In this document: one piece after another, positions 8,449 to 17,833 of the stretch
Layout: every line of letters starts with the position of its first letter
Position numbering within the stretch: the first letter of the stretch is position 1
Assembly: GCA_965656575.1 (NCBI GenBank)
Contig: CBFHLA010000001.1
Span: 1 to 62,432, forward strand
Direction of reading: 5' to 3'
DNA: 62,432 nt
Source of the DNA: Gammaproteobacteria bacterium
Lineage (GTDB): Bacteria > Pseudomonadota > Gammaproteobacteria > GCA-002705445 > GCA-002716945
The notes under the pieces: generated by a model
Seen by the model: only the letters and a program-made list of their open reading frames with translations
What the model was told of the DNA's origin: nothing
The model's database searches: none
Position numbers and translations under genes: made by a program

Positions 8449-8963
8449 TAGTAAAATTATTTGATATACAGAACAATAATTTAATTTTGACAGAGCATTG
8501 TTATGCATTACCTTTTTTAAAGAAAGTAATGGATGAGTATCCGGATACACATTTAGATGTTTATAAATATGTATTTTATATGAGCTGTCCTAATCCAGAT
8601 TTAAATCCATTTTTTAATTTACCTGAAAATGAAAAAGAAGATATTATAATTGAAGAAGTAGGTTTAGAAGAATCTGTTGAAGATGGTACTATTAGATATG
8701 CATTGGATATGTGTAAAAAACTATATGAGACACCAACTTATAGAGCATACGTAGGTATAAAATCTATGTTAGATAGATTAGCTAAATACATGGAAGTTAC
8801 AGCAATAGAACACGGAAGAGATGGAAATATAAATTCAATGGTAAATGCTGCTGCTAAATTTGAATCAATAAGGCAATCATATAAAGGTGCATTTAGTGAT
8901 ATGAAACAAGAACAAGAAAGTTCTGTGCGTGGTGGTGCAGGGCTTGCATATGATCAAATGTAA
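8445..8963 (+). CDS. hypothetical protein (172 aa)
   Basis: ATGA overlap with the upstream gene; no motif. Confidence 0.55.
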   Translation: MIVKLFDIQNNNLILTEHCYALPFLKKVMDEYPDTHLDVYKYVFYMSCPNPDLNPFFNLPENEKEDIIIEEVGLEESVEDGTIRYALDMCKKLYETPTYRAYVGIKSMLDRLAKYMEVTAIEHGRDGNINSMVNAAAKFESIRQSYKGAFSDMKQEQESSVRGGAGLAYDQM

Positions 8964-9151
8964 TGTGCAAACCAATTATTCAATGTAGCCGTTGTAATGA
9001 AACATTTTGTAATGGATATGATTACAGATGGCACTTTGATAAACACATTGATGATTGGTACAAAAGTGAAAATAAAAACGAATACATAAAAAAAACAACA
9101 TTAAATTATGAAACAAATCATCATACCGGTAGGAAAAAGATTATTAATTAA
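8963..9151 (+). CDS. small protein with a C2H2-type zinc-finger pattern (62 aa)
   Basis: CSRC-x12-HFDKH fits C-x2-C-x12-H-x3-H exactly. Confidence 0.45.
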   Translation: MCKPIIQCSRCNETFCNGYDYRWHFDKHIDDWYKSENKNEYIKKTTLNYETNHHTGRKKIIN

Positions 9152-9383
9152 AAGACATAAAGCTGAAAGCAAAACAGCAAGTGGAATTATTATTCCGGAA
9201 ATAGCACAGAAAAAAGAGTTTAAAGGAACTGTTGTTGGAGTTGGTGCAGAAGTTGAAGAAATAAACATAGGTGATGTTGTACAATATGCAGAGCACGCAA
9301 TGCCTACACCAATGGAACATGAAGGTGAGGAACATTTACTACTCCAAGCTGGTGATGTTTTTGCTATTTTAAGATATGAGTAG
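9108..9383 (+). CDS. groES: GroES-like co-chaperonin (Cpn10), 91 aa
   Basis: Collinear with GroES by eye: IIPVGKRLLIKR (cf. PLxDRVLVK), ESKTASGIIIPE mobile-loop region, GTVVGVG, IGDVV, and a GDVFAIL C-terminal strand. Confidence 0.8.
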   Translation: MKQIIIPVGKRLLIKRHKAESKTASGIIIPEIAQKKEFKGTVVGVGAEVEEINIGDVVQYAEHAMPTPMEHEGEEHLLLQAGDVFAILRYE

Positions 9384-11568
9384 AGTTATACCTACATATG
9401 AGAATAACAAGTGGTCTGAAACTAAATTTGATACAGATTTAGAATTTAGAGAATATTTAGAAAGTATTTTTAAAGAACCAGGTGAATATGATTTTGATCA
9501 TACAGCTTGGAGATTTAATGATGAAGCATCTAAATTTAACAAAGATGGTTATTATTGTAATTCACCTTTTAGATCAAAAGATTATATAGCTTATTGGAAT
9601 GATCAAAAGAATAAATGTAGAAATGGTATCATATACAAAAATAAAGGTAAAGAATGGTATTTGACTAGAGATTATTACATGTGGTTAAACTTCTTACCCA
9701 TTTTTGATAAAGAGGAAAAAAAATACGGTTTTGCAAAAGTACGTGATGCACAATACCATATGGCCTTATATGAGCTTCTTGCAGAGTTAAACAATCAACA
9801 TTCGGCCATATTAAAGAAAAGACAGATTGCATCATCTTATTTTCATATGGCAAAAATTGTAAATCAATATTGGTTTGAAGAAGGTTCTATATGTAAGATT
9901 GGTGCATCATTAAAAGACTATATTAATGATAAGGGATCTTGGAAATTTTTAGAGGAATACAAAACATTTTTGAATGAACATACAGCTTGGTATAGACCTA
10001 GTAATCCAGAAAAGGTTTTATTATGGCAACAACAAATTGAAGTAAAAGTTGGTAATAGAAAAACATCAAGAGGTTTAAAATCAAAAATACAAGGGGCATC
10101 TTTTGAAAAAAATGCAACAACAGGTGTAGGTGGACCTTGTACATACTTTTTTCATGAAGAAGCCGGTATTGCACCAAAAATGATGGAGACTTATGAGTAT
10201 CTTCGTCCAGCAATGTCATCTGGTATGGTAACTACCGGAATGTTTATAGCTGCTGGATCTGTTGGTGATCTTGAACAATGTAATCCTTTGAAGGATATGA
10301 TTATGAATCCCGGTGCTAATGATATTTATGCTGTAGAAACTAATTTAATGGATGCTGATGGTACAATTGGTATGGCAGGTCTATTTATTCCAGAACAGTG
10401 GTCTATGCCGCCTTATATTGATAAATACGGCAATTCACAAATAGAAGAAGCATTAGAAGCAATAAATGCTGAAAGAGAAAGATGGAAGAATGATTTATCT
10501 CCTGAACAATATCAATTAAGAATATCTCAAAAACCTAAAAATATTGCGGAAGCATTTGCATATAGAAAAGCTTCTATATTTCCACAAGGTATACTTTCAA
10601 AACAACTTAAAAAAATTGAAGAAAAAGAATACTCATACGAGCTTATAGATTTAGAACGTGAACAAGAAGGTATTATAGCAAAAAGAACAAATAAATTACC
10701 AATATCACAATTTCCTGTAGACAAAAAAGCTACTGATAAAACAGGATCTATTGTTGTATGGGAAAGACCTGCTTCAAAGCGTCCTGATTTTGGTTCTTAT
10801 TATGCATCTATTGATCCCGTGTCTGAAGGAAAAACAACCACATCTGATTCATTATGTAGCATATTTGTTTATAAAAATGCAGTAGAAGTAACAAGAGAAA
10901 CACAAGGCGGTGGGGTTGAACAATTTATAGAAAAAGATAAAATTGTAGCTGCATGGTGTGGTAGATTTGATGATATTAATAAAACTCATGAAAGATTAGA
11001 ATTAATTATTGAATGGTATAATGCATGGACAATTGTTGAAAATAACATATCATTATTTATTCAACATATGATTGCAAGAAAAAAACAAAAATATTTAGTT
11101 CCCAAACAACAAATACTTTTTCTAAAAGATCTTGGGTCAAACAGAACTGTATATCAAGAGTATGGTTGGAAAAATACAGGTACACTATTTAAAAGTCATC
11201 TTATATCATATGCAATAGAATACATAAGAGAAGTAATTAATGAAGATTTAGATGATGAGGGAGAAGTAATGACCCAAACTTTAGGTGTAGAAAGAATACC
11301 TGATCCAATGCTAATTAAAGAGATGCTTGCTTATTATCCCGGACTTAACGTAGATAGACTTGTAGCTTTTGGTGCACTTGTTGCATTTGTTAAAATTCAG
11401 CAATCTAATAGAGGTTATGCTAAAAGACGTGAAACAGAAAGTGATTCTTTGGTTAATTCAGAAAAAATCAGTAAATTAAAGTATACCAGTGCGTTTAAAA
11501 ATTTAGGGCGTAATAGATCTGGTATGGGACCAAAAATTAGAAGATCTGGTTTTAAAAATATTAAATAG
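9376..11568 (+). CDS. terL: terminase large subunit candidate (730 aa)
   Basis: Lies directly upstream of the portal-sized gene. Deviant Walker-A-like KKRQIASS, Walker-B-like YFFHEEAG, and nuclease-like YASIDPVSEG...SDSLCSIFVY. All by eye. Confidence 0.65.
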   Translation: MSRVIPTYENNKWSETKFDTDLEFREYLESIFKEPGEYDFDHTAWRFNDEASKFNKDGYYCNSPFRSKDYIAYWNDQKNKCRNGIIYKNKGKEWYLTRDYYMWLNFLPIFDKEEKKYGFAKVRDAQYHMALYELLAELNNQHSAILKKRQIASSYFHMAKIVNQYWFEEGSICKIGASLKDYINDKGSWKFLEEYKTFLNEHTAWYRPSNPEKVLLWQQQIEVKVGNRKTSRGLKSKIQGASFEKNATTGVGGPCTYFFHEEAGIAPKMMETYEYLRPAMSSGMVTTGMFIAAGSVGDLEQCNPLKDMIMNPGANDIYAVETNLMDADGTIGMAGLFIPEQWSMPPYIDKYGNSQIEEALEAINAERERWKNDLSPEQYQLRISQKPKNIAEAFAYRKASIFPQGILSKQLKKIEEKEYSYELIDLEREQEGIIAKRTNKLPISQFPVDKKATDKTGSIVVWERPASKRPDFGSYYASIDPVSEGKTTTSDSLCSIFVYKNAVEVTRETQGGGVEQFIEKDKIVAAWCGRFDDINKTHERLELIIEWYNAWTIVENNISLFIQHMIARKKQKYLVPKQQILFLKDLGSNRTVYQEYGWKNTGTLFKSHLISYAIEYIREVINEDLDDEGEVMTQTLGVERIPDPMLIKEMLAYYPGLNVDRLVAFGALVAFVKIQQSNRGYAKRRETESDSLVNSEKISKLKYTSAFKNLGRNRSGMGPKIRRSGFKNIK

Positions 11569-11583
11569 CCAAAACTTGTTTAC

Positions 11584-14343
11584 ATGAGAGTATTAAACGC
11601 AATGCAATTAAAAAATGGTGCTAAGGCTGAGGGAGGACCTACTTTTTCCAGTCTTACGCAACCAACTCAGTTTCTTCCTTATTCTAAAAAAACAGATGAT
11701 TGGGCTGCTTGGAATCTTGATTGGCTAGAACTACAGGGTATTGAATTCTTACGCACAAATGCCCGAAGACTTTTAAAAAATTATAAGTTAGCAAAAGGTA
11801 TAATTGATAAATCGGACTATATTGTTGAGCCTGACAATGATTACAAAGAATTAATGGATGTTTTAACTGAAGAAAATAATTCAGCATTAGAACTTAAATT
11901 TTATCCAATTATTCCAAATGTTGTTAATGTACTTACAGGTGAATTTGCAAAAAGATATTCTAAAGTACAGTTTAGAGCTGTTGATGATACTTCTTACAAT
12001 GAAATGTTAGAGGAAAAAAGAATGCAAATTGAAGAGTCATTGCTGGCAGATGCTGAAAGAAACTTAGTTATGAAGATGATAGAAATGGGATTAGATCCTG
12101 CATCAGAAGAAGCTAAGCAACAACTTAACCCTGAAAACTTAAAAACTTTACCAGAGATAGAAGACTTCTTTAGCAAAAACTATAGAAGTATGGTAGAAGA
12201 ATGGGCATCTCATCAACTTGCAGTAGATGAAGAAAGATTTCATATGCAAGAACTTGAGGAAAGAGCATTTAGAGATATGTTAATTTCTGATAGAGAATTT
12301 TGGCATTTTAGAATGTTAGAAGATGATTATGATGTAGAATTATGGAATCCGGTTCTTACTTTTTACCAAAAGTCACCTGATCAAAGATATATTTCTGATT
12401 CTAATTATGTTGGTAAAATTGATCTTATGACTGTTGCTGATGTAATAGATAGATATGGATATTTAATGGACGAAAAACAATTAAAGTCATTAGATAAAAT
12501 ATATCCTGCAAGATCAGCACAATATCAAGTGAATGGTTATCAAAATGATGGATCATACTATGATGCAACAAGATCTCATGAGTGGAATACAAATATGCCG
12601 GGGTTACCATATAGACAGTATACAAGTAACTATTGGGATAATCCAGCAGTAGGTGGTGATATTGTTAGTCAGATATTAGAAAATTCTGAAGATATGAAAC
12701 CTCTTGATGAAGGAAATCTAATGAGAGTTTCTACTATTTATTGGAAGACTCAGAGAAAAATTGGTCATCTTACTAAAATAGAAATGGATGGTACAGTAAT
12801 CCAAGAGATTATTGATGAAACATATAGAATAACAGAAAAAGCTGTTTATGATACATCCATCTTTAAAAATAAATCAAAAGAGACTTTGCTTCAAGGTGAG
12901 CATATTGATTGGATATGGATTAATGAAGTATGGGGAGGTGTTAAAATTGGACCAAATTTACCTGCTATGTGGCGGTCAACAATGGCTGATAATATTAACC
13001 CAATTTATATTGGTATAAATAGAACTAAACCTGGAAGAATACCATTTCAATTTAAAGGTAATAATACACTTTATGGTTGCAAGCTTCCTGTAGAAGGAAG
13101 GGTTTTTTCAGATAGAAATACCAGATCTACATCGCTTGTTGATTTAATGAAAGCATATCAAGTTGGTTATAATATGGTAAACAATCAAATTGCAGATATA
13201 CTTATAGATGAGTTAGGTACTGTAATTATGTTTGATCAAAATGCACTACCAAGACATTCTATGGGTGAAGATTGGGGTAAAAATAATTATGCTAAAGCAT
13301 TTGTAGCAATGAAAGATTTTCAGATGCTACCGCTTGATACTTCTATCACTAATACTGAAAACGCAACTAATTTCAATCATTATCAAACTCTAAACATGGA
13401 GCAAACTAATAGATTGATGTCAAGAATTAATTTAGCTAATTACTTTAAACAACAATGTTTTGAAGCTATAGGTGTAAATCAACAAAGACTAGGTGGTCCA
13501 GTTTCACAACAAACGGCAACAGGAGTTGTCCAAGCAATGCAACAATCTTATGCTCAAACTGAAATGTATTTTGTTCAGCATTCTGATCAGCTAATGCCAA
13601 GAGTTCATCAAATGAGAACTGATCTTGCTCAATATTACTATAGTACTAATCCAAGCATTAGATTAAGTTATATTTCTTCAGAAGCTGAAAAAGTAAATTT
13701 CATGATTAATGGTACAGATTTATTATTAAGAGATTTTAATATTTTTGCAACAACCAAAACAAATCATAGGGCTATTCTAGAAAACCTCAAACAAATGGCC
13801 CTAACAAATAACACTTCAGGTGCAAGTATTTATGAGTTAGGAAATATTGTAAAAGCAGACTCTATTGCTGAAGTACAGGATATACTTAAAGATTCACAAA
13901 CTAGACTTGAAAAAGAAAGACAGCAAGAAATGCAGCAGCAACAAGAAATGCAGAAAGCACAAATTGAAGCTAAACAACGAGAAGAACAAATGAAACTTCA
14001 AGTTGAAATGCAAGAAAATGAAAAAGATAGACAAAATAATATCTTGCTTGCTGAAATTAGATCTGCAGGATACGGTTCAATGGTTGATATAAATCAAAAT
14101 CAACAATCTGATTATCAAGATGCTATGGCAGATATTAGAGAATCACAAAGATATCAGGACCAATTAAGTCTCAAAAGAGAGGAGAACATTAGTAAAACTA
14201 CTATGGAGAACAACAGATTGAGTGTTGAAAGAGAAAAAATTGCTGCACAAAAAAGCATTGCACAAACTAAATTAGATATAGCAAGAGAAAACAAAAACAA
14301 ATATGATGTCCAAAGTTCAAAAGAAAATAAGGACAAAAAATAA
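11584..14343 (+). CDS. portal protein candidate (919 aa)
   Basis: Size and position immediately after terL. C-terminal Q/E-rich coiled coil (QQEMQQQQEMQKAQIEAKQREEQ). Confidence 0.55.
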   Translation: MRVLNAMQLKNGAKAEGGPTFSSLTQPTQFLPYSKKTDDWAAWNLDWLELQGIEFLRTNARRLLKNYKLAKGIIDKSDYIVEPDNDYKELMDVLTEENNSALELKFYPIIPNVVNVLTGEFAKRYSKVQFRAVDDTSYNEMLEEKRMQIEESLLADAERNLVMKMIEMGLDPASEEAKQQLNPENLKTLPEIEDFFSKNYRSMVEEWASHQLAVDEERFHMQELEERAFRDMLISDREFWHFRMLEDDYDVELWNPVLTFYQKSPDQRYISDSNYVGKIDLMTVADVIDRYGYLMDEKQLKSLDKIYPARSAQYQVNGYQNDGSYYDATRSHEWNTNMPGLPYRQYTSNYWDNPAVGGDIVSQILENSEDMKPLDEGNLMRVSTIYWKTQRKIGHLTKIEMDGTVIQEIIDETYRITEKAVYDTSIFKNKSKETLLQGEHIDWIWINEVWGGVKIGPNLPAMWRSTMADNINPIYIGINRTKPGRIPFQFKGNNTLYGCKLPVEGRVFSDRNTRSTSLVDLMKAYQVGYNMVNNQIADILIDELGTVIMFDQNALPRHSMGEDWGKNNYAKAFVAMKDFQMLPLDTSITNTENATNFNHYQTLNMEQTNRLMSRINLANYFKQQCFEAIGVNQQRLGGPVSQQTATGVVQAMQQSYAQTEMYFVQHSDQLMPRVHQMRTDLAQYYYSTNPSIRLSYISSEAEKVNFMINGTDLLLRDFNIFATTKTNHRAILENLKQMALTNNTSGASIYELGNIVKADSIAEVQDILKDSQTRLEKERQQEMQQQQEMQKAQIEAKQREEQMKLQVEMQENEKDRQNNILLAEIRSAGYGSMVDINQNQQSDYQDAMADIRESQRYQDQLSLKREENISKTTMENNRLSVEREKIAAQKSIAQTKLDIARENKNKYDVQSSKENKDKK

Positions 14344-14390
14344 CTGTTAGCTATATACTGCAAAAAACTTTATTTTTTTTAAAATATTAT

Positions 14391-14416
14391 AAGTTTATTC
14401 TTAAAGTTTATTCTTA
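14391..14416. repeat. perfect 13-bp tandem duplication AAGTTTATTCTTA x2
   Basis: Copies at 14391-14403 and 14404-14416, in the portal/scaffold intergenic region. Confidence 0.8.
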
Positions 14417-14462
14417 TATTATATATGTATAGAAAGTATTAATATTAAAACCAACAAATATT

Positions 14463-15767
14463 ATGAGTAATAAAACTGAAACTGTGGATAGTAAAGTAGA
14501 AACTTTAGATATTAATTTAGATGAAATCTTTGATGCAGCACCAACTGCAGGAGATGTTACTTTACCAGAACAAAAAGGCAACAAAAATATTTTTGCCGGA
14601 ACAGGGGAAAAAGCTGATATGTCATTTGCAGATCCAGACATTGATAATAAAGATGATCTAAATGCTAAATCAGAACAAAAAGAAAAAGAATCTACTGATA
14701 ACGATGAAGTAGAAAAAACAGATGAAGTAAAATCTGAAAAATCTGAAGAAATAGATATTGATGATGTAATTAATTCTATAGACACAGAAGATGAAGGTGG
14801 AGAAAAAGAAGAAAAAAGAGGTAGAAAAAAGATTTCTGGAATAAGTGATGTATTTAACAAACTTATAAAAGATGATAAAATTGTACCATTTGATGATGAC
14901 AAACCTTTAGAAGATTATACTGCTAAAGATTGGGAAGAATTAATTGAAGCTAATCTTGAAGAAAAAGCCAATCAAGTTAGAAGAGAAACTCCCAGACAGT
15001 TCTTTGAAAGTTTACCAAAAGAGTTGCAAATTGCAGCAAGATATGTGGCAGATGGTGGTCAAGATATTAAAGGTTTATTTTCAACACTAGCACAAGTTGA
15101 AGAAAACAAGAGTCTTGATATTAAAAAAGAAAGTGATCAGGAAAGAATTATTACTGAATACTTATCTGCAACAGGATATGGTACTGAGCAAGAGATTGCT
15201 GAAGAAATAGAGATTTGGAAAGACTTGGGTAAACTAGAAGCACAAGCTTCTAAGTTTAAGCCAAAGTTAGATAAGATGCAAGAAAAAGTTGTACAACAAA
15301 GACTTCAAGAGCAGCAGCTTAAGAAGAAACAACAAGAACAAGCATCACAACAATATATGAAAAACGTATATGAGACTTTAAAAGAAGGATCATTGGGTGA
15401 TGTAAAGATAGATAAAAAGACACAAGCAATGTTATATAATGGTTTAGTACAACCATCATACCCATCTGTAAGTGGAAAAAATACAAATCTATTAGGTCAC
15501 TTATTAGAAAAATATCAATTTGTTGAACCAAACTATAGTTTGATTTCTGAAGCATTATGGTTATTGCAAGATCCAGATGGATATAAATCAAAAATCATGG
15601 CGCAAGGAGCTCAAAAATCTGTAGAGCAAACGGTAAGAAAACTTAAAACTGAACAAGCTAACGCTGGTGGAACAACATCATTAGGTGTGAAAGATTCAGA
15701 ACCAGTGGCAGAAAGAACAGCTAAAAGAAAAATACCAAGAGCCAACAATATTTTTAAAAGAATTTAA
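14463..15767 (+). CDS. scaffolding-like acidic coiled-coil protein (434 aa)
   Basis: Sits between the portal and capsid candidates. The N-terminal half is D/E/K low-complexity; the centre is Q/K/E coiled coil. Confidence 0.45.
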   Translation: MSNKTETVDSKVETLDINLDEIFDAAPTAGDVTLPEQKGNKNIFAGTGEKADMSFADPDIDNKDDLNAKSEQKEKESTDNDEVEKTDEVKSEKSEEIDIDDVINSIDTEDEGGEKEEKRGRKKISGISDVFNKLIKDDKIVPFDDDKPLEDYTAKDWEELIEANLEEKANQVRRETPRQFFESLPKELQIAARYVADGGQDIKGLFSTLAQVEENKSLDIKKESDQERIITEYLSATGYGTEQEIAEEIEIWKDLGKLEAQASKFKPKLDKMQEKVVQQRLQEQQLKKKQQEQASQQYMKNVYETLKEGSLGDVKIDKKTQAMLYNGLVQPSYPSVSGKNTNLLGHLLEKYQFVEPNYSLISEALWLLQDPDGYKSKIMAQGAQKSVEQTVRKLKTEQANAGGTTSLGVKDSEPVAERTAKRKIPRANNIFKRI

Positions 15768-15830
15768 TTAAGTAATTAAATAAATAGAGTAACAATTAAC
15801 ATTAACATTAACAATTAAAACAATCAAATT

Positions 15831-17450
15831 ATGGCAACTCCAGTTTTAAATAATGGGATTTTCCTACGTGATACAAGCTATAAAGCAAGTTCACATGTTG
15901 ATTCGTATCACCTTACCCAGATGCTTGGTTCTGCTGAGCCTATGGATATGGGACCAATTGATCTTTGGGCAATGACCCAAAAGGTAGAAATGCCTTTGTA
16001 TCAAATGGCTTCTTTTGGTGGTAAGAATACAATTCTTGTGGATAATGCTAGAGGTGAGTACAAGTGGCAAACTCCTATTGCACAAGATCTTCCTTATATT
16101 GTAGCAGACATTGAGCCTGCAAATGCAACTAAAGGTGTAGATGGAACTACATTTAAGATTAAAATTAACAAAAGAACCTTTGGTCATGGTGACATTATTA
16201 CTTATGATAAGTATAATGGAATTGAATTATACATCACTGCGGATGATATCATCCCTGCTGGTGACGGTTTTATTTACACTGTACAATTGGTTAACAACAA
16301 CAATGCAGCTTCTTTAGATAACAAGTATCTTGCAAAAGGAACTAAATTCTTCAGAAAAGGTTCTGCACGTGGTGAGTATGGAGAAAGATTCTCTGATATT
16401 GAAACAGGTTCTGGTTTCCGTGAATTCTACAACTTTGTAGGAGGAGCAGAAGCACACGTACATTATTCAGTATCTTCTAGAGCAGATTTAATGATCAAAG
16501 GTGGACTTAACGCTGATGGTACAGTACCTGTAACAGAAATCTGGAGAAACTTTAATACAGATCCTAACAATCCATCAGTACCTAGTATTGAAGGACTAGT
16601 AGCATCAATGGGTAAAGCTGGTGCAAGAGAAGCATTTGAAAATGGAACTCTTACACGTACTTTCATTACTAATATGGAAGCAGCTCACCTTTCAAAAATT
16701 GCTACAGATATTGAAACTTACCTAATGTGGGGTAAAGGTGGTAGAATTAAACAAGATGGACCAGATGATATTCGTCTGTCTGTAGGTTTGTGGTCTCAGT
16801 TAGACAACTCATTTAAAAGAGTTTATAACAAGTCTTCATTCACTCTTGATATGTTTAAATCTGAACTTTACAACTTCTATCAAGGTAAAGTTGAATTTAA
16901 GGGGCCAGATCCACAAAGATCACTTGTTGTACAAACAGGTATTGGTGGTATGCAACTAATTAACAAAGCTATTGCTGATGAAGTATATGGTTCTGGATTA
17001 GTTCAAAATGCTTCTGAAATTGGTGCAGTAAAAGGACAAGGTATGGATTTGGATTATGGTTTTGCTTATACAAGCTTTACTATTCCTTTCCTTGCAAATG
17101 TTAAATTTGTTCTTAACCCTGCATTTGATAACTTGAACACTAATGATATTGAGAATCCATTGATTGATGGAAGACCTCTAAGTTCATATAGCTTTATTAT
17201 TTTTGATGTAACTGATGAAGGAAATGATAACATTCACTTGTTAAAACTTTCTTGGGATAATCAACTTAAGTGGTTCTACCAAAATGGTACTATGGACTAC
17301 ATGGGAAGAACTCAAGGATTTGCTTCTTCTGGAAACTTCAATGGATATAGAGTATATATGACTCAGACTATGCCAGCTATTTGGGTTAAAGATCCAACTA
17401 AAGTTCTTAAAATTGTAATGAGAAACCCTGTTACAGGAGGATCATTCTAA
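15831..17450 (+). CDS. major capsid protein candidate (539 aa)
   Basis: Portal-scaffold-capsid gene order, a G-free 40-nt leader, and a strong terminator immediately downstream. Confidence 0.5.
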   Translation: MATPVLNNGIFLRDTSYKASSHVDSYHLTQMLGSAEPMDMGPIDLWAMTQKVEMPLYQMASFGGKNTILVDNARGEYKWQTPIAQDLPYIVADIEPANATKGVDGTTFKIKINKRTFGHGDIITYDKYNGIELYITADDIIPAGDGFIYTVQLVNNNNAASLDNKYLAKGTKFFRKGSARGEYGERFSDIETGSGFREFYNFVGGAEAHVHYSVSSRADLMIKGGLNADGTVPVTEIWRNFNTDPNNPSVPSIEGLVASMGKAGAREAFENGTLTRTFITNMEAAHLSKIATDIETYLMWGKGGRIKQDGPDDIRLSVGLWSQLDNSFKRVYNKSSFTLDMFKSELYNFYQGKVEFKGPDPQRSLVVQTGIGGMQLINKAIADEVYGSGLVQNASEIGAVKGQGMDLDYGFAYTSFTIPFLANVKFVLNPAFDNLNTNDIENPLIDGRPLSSYSFIIFDVTDEGNDNIHLLKLSWDNQLKWFYQNGTMDYMGRTQGFASSGNFNGYRVYMTQTMPAIWVKDPTKVLKIVMRNPVTGGSF

Positions 17451-17463
17451 GAACAACTTTAAT

Positions 17464-17500
17464 AAAGGGGAGGTGGGTAAAACCTCCTCCCTTTTTATTT
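17464..17500 (+). terminator. intrinsic terminator
   Basis: GC-rich hairpin AAAGGGGAGGTGGGTAAAACCTCCTCCCTTT followed by TTTTTATTTTT. Confidence 0.8.
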
Positions 17501-17516
17501 TTAACCTTTAAAACAA

Positions 17517-17717
17517 ATGATCATGGCACTAGATATTAAAAGACAAAACAAAACGTATGAATTTTCTAATTCAGATGTTTCTAAAATACTTGCTTCTAAA
17601 GCAGTTGGTAAAGATGTCTTAGCAAGAGACCATGCAGATAATGCAGCAGCGTTAGCAGCAGGACTTGCAAAAGGTGACTTATATCATACATCAGGAGCTT
17701 TAAAAGTAGTTGTTTAA
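17517..17717 (+). CDS. small Ala-rich hypothetical protein (66 aa)
   Basis: ORF track. Bounded by terminator-like hairpins on both sides. Confidence 0.45.
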   Translation: MIMALDIKRQNKTYEFSNSDVSKILASKAVGKDVLARDHADNAAALAAGLAKGDLYHTSGALKVVV

Positions 17718-17732
17718 TAGTCAAAAAACTTG

Positions 17733-17755
17733 AGCAAGGATAAAACCTTGCTTTA
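17733..17755 (+). terminator. weak terminator-like hairpin
   Basis: AGCAAGG-ataaaa-CCTTGCT followed by TT. Confidence 0.4.
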
Positions 17756-17775
17756 GAAATTAGTAATAATAAATT

Positions 17776-17791
17776 GTACATAATTATGTAC
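17776..17791. promoter_or_regulatory. perfect 16-bp palindrome GTACATAATTATGTAC (candidate operator)
   Basis: Perfect dyad, nested inside the inverted repeat TAGTCAAAA (17718-17726) / TTTTGACTA (17792-17800). Lies 43 nt upstream of ATG 17834. Confidence 0.5.
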
Positions 17792-17833
17792 TTTTGACTA
17801 AGAATAATAATTATTAATTAAAACCAAACAAAA

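Noticed and set aside
14414-14902. 162-aa Ser/Phe-rich minus-strand ORF
   Set aside because: It is the antisense of the GAA/GAT/AAA-rich acidic low-complexity N-terminus of the scaffold-like gene. It is low-complexity and overlaps the + CDS almost completely.
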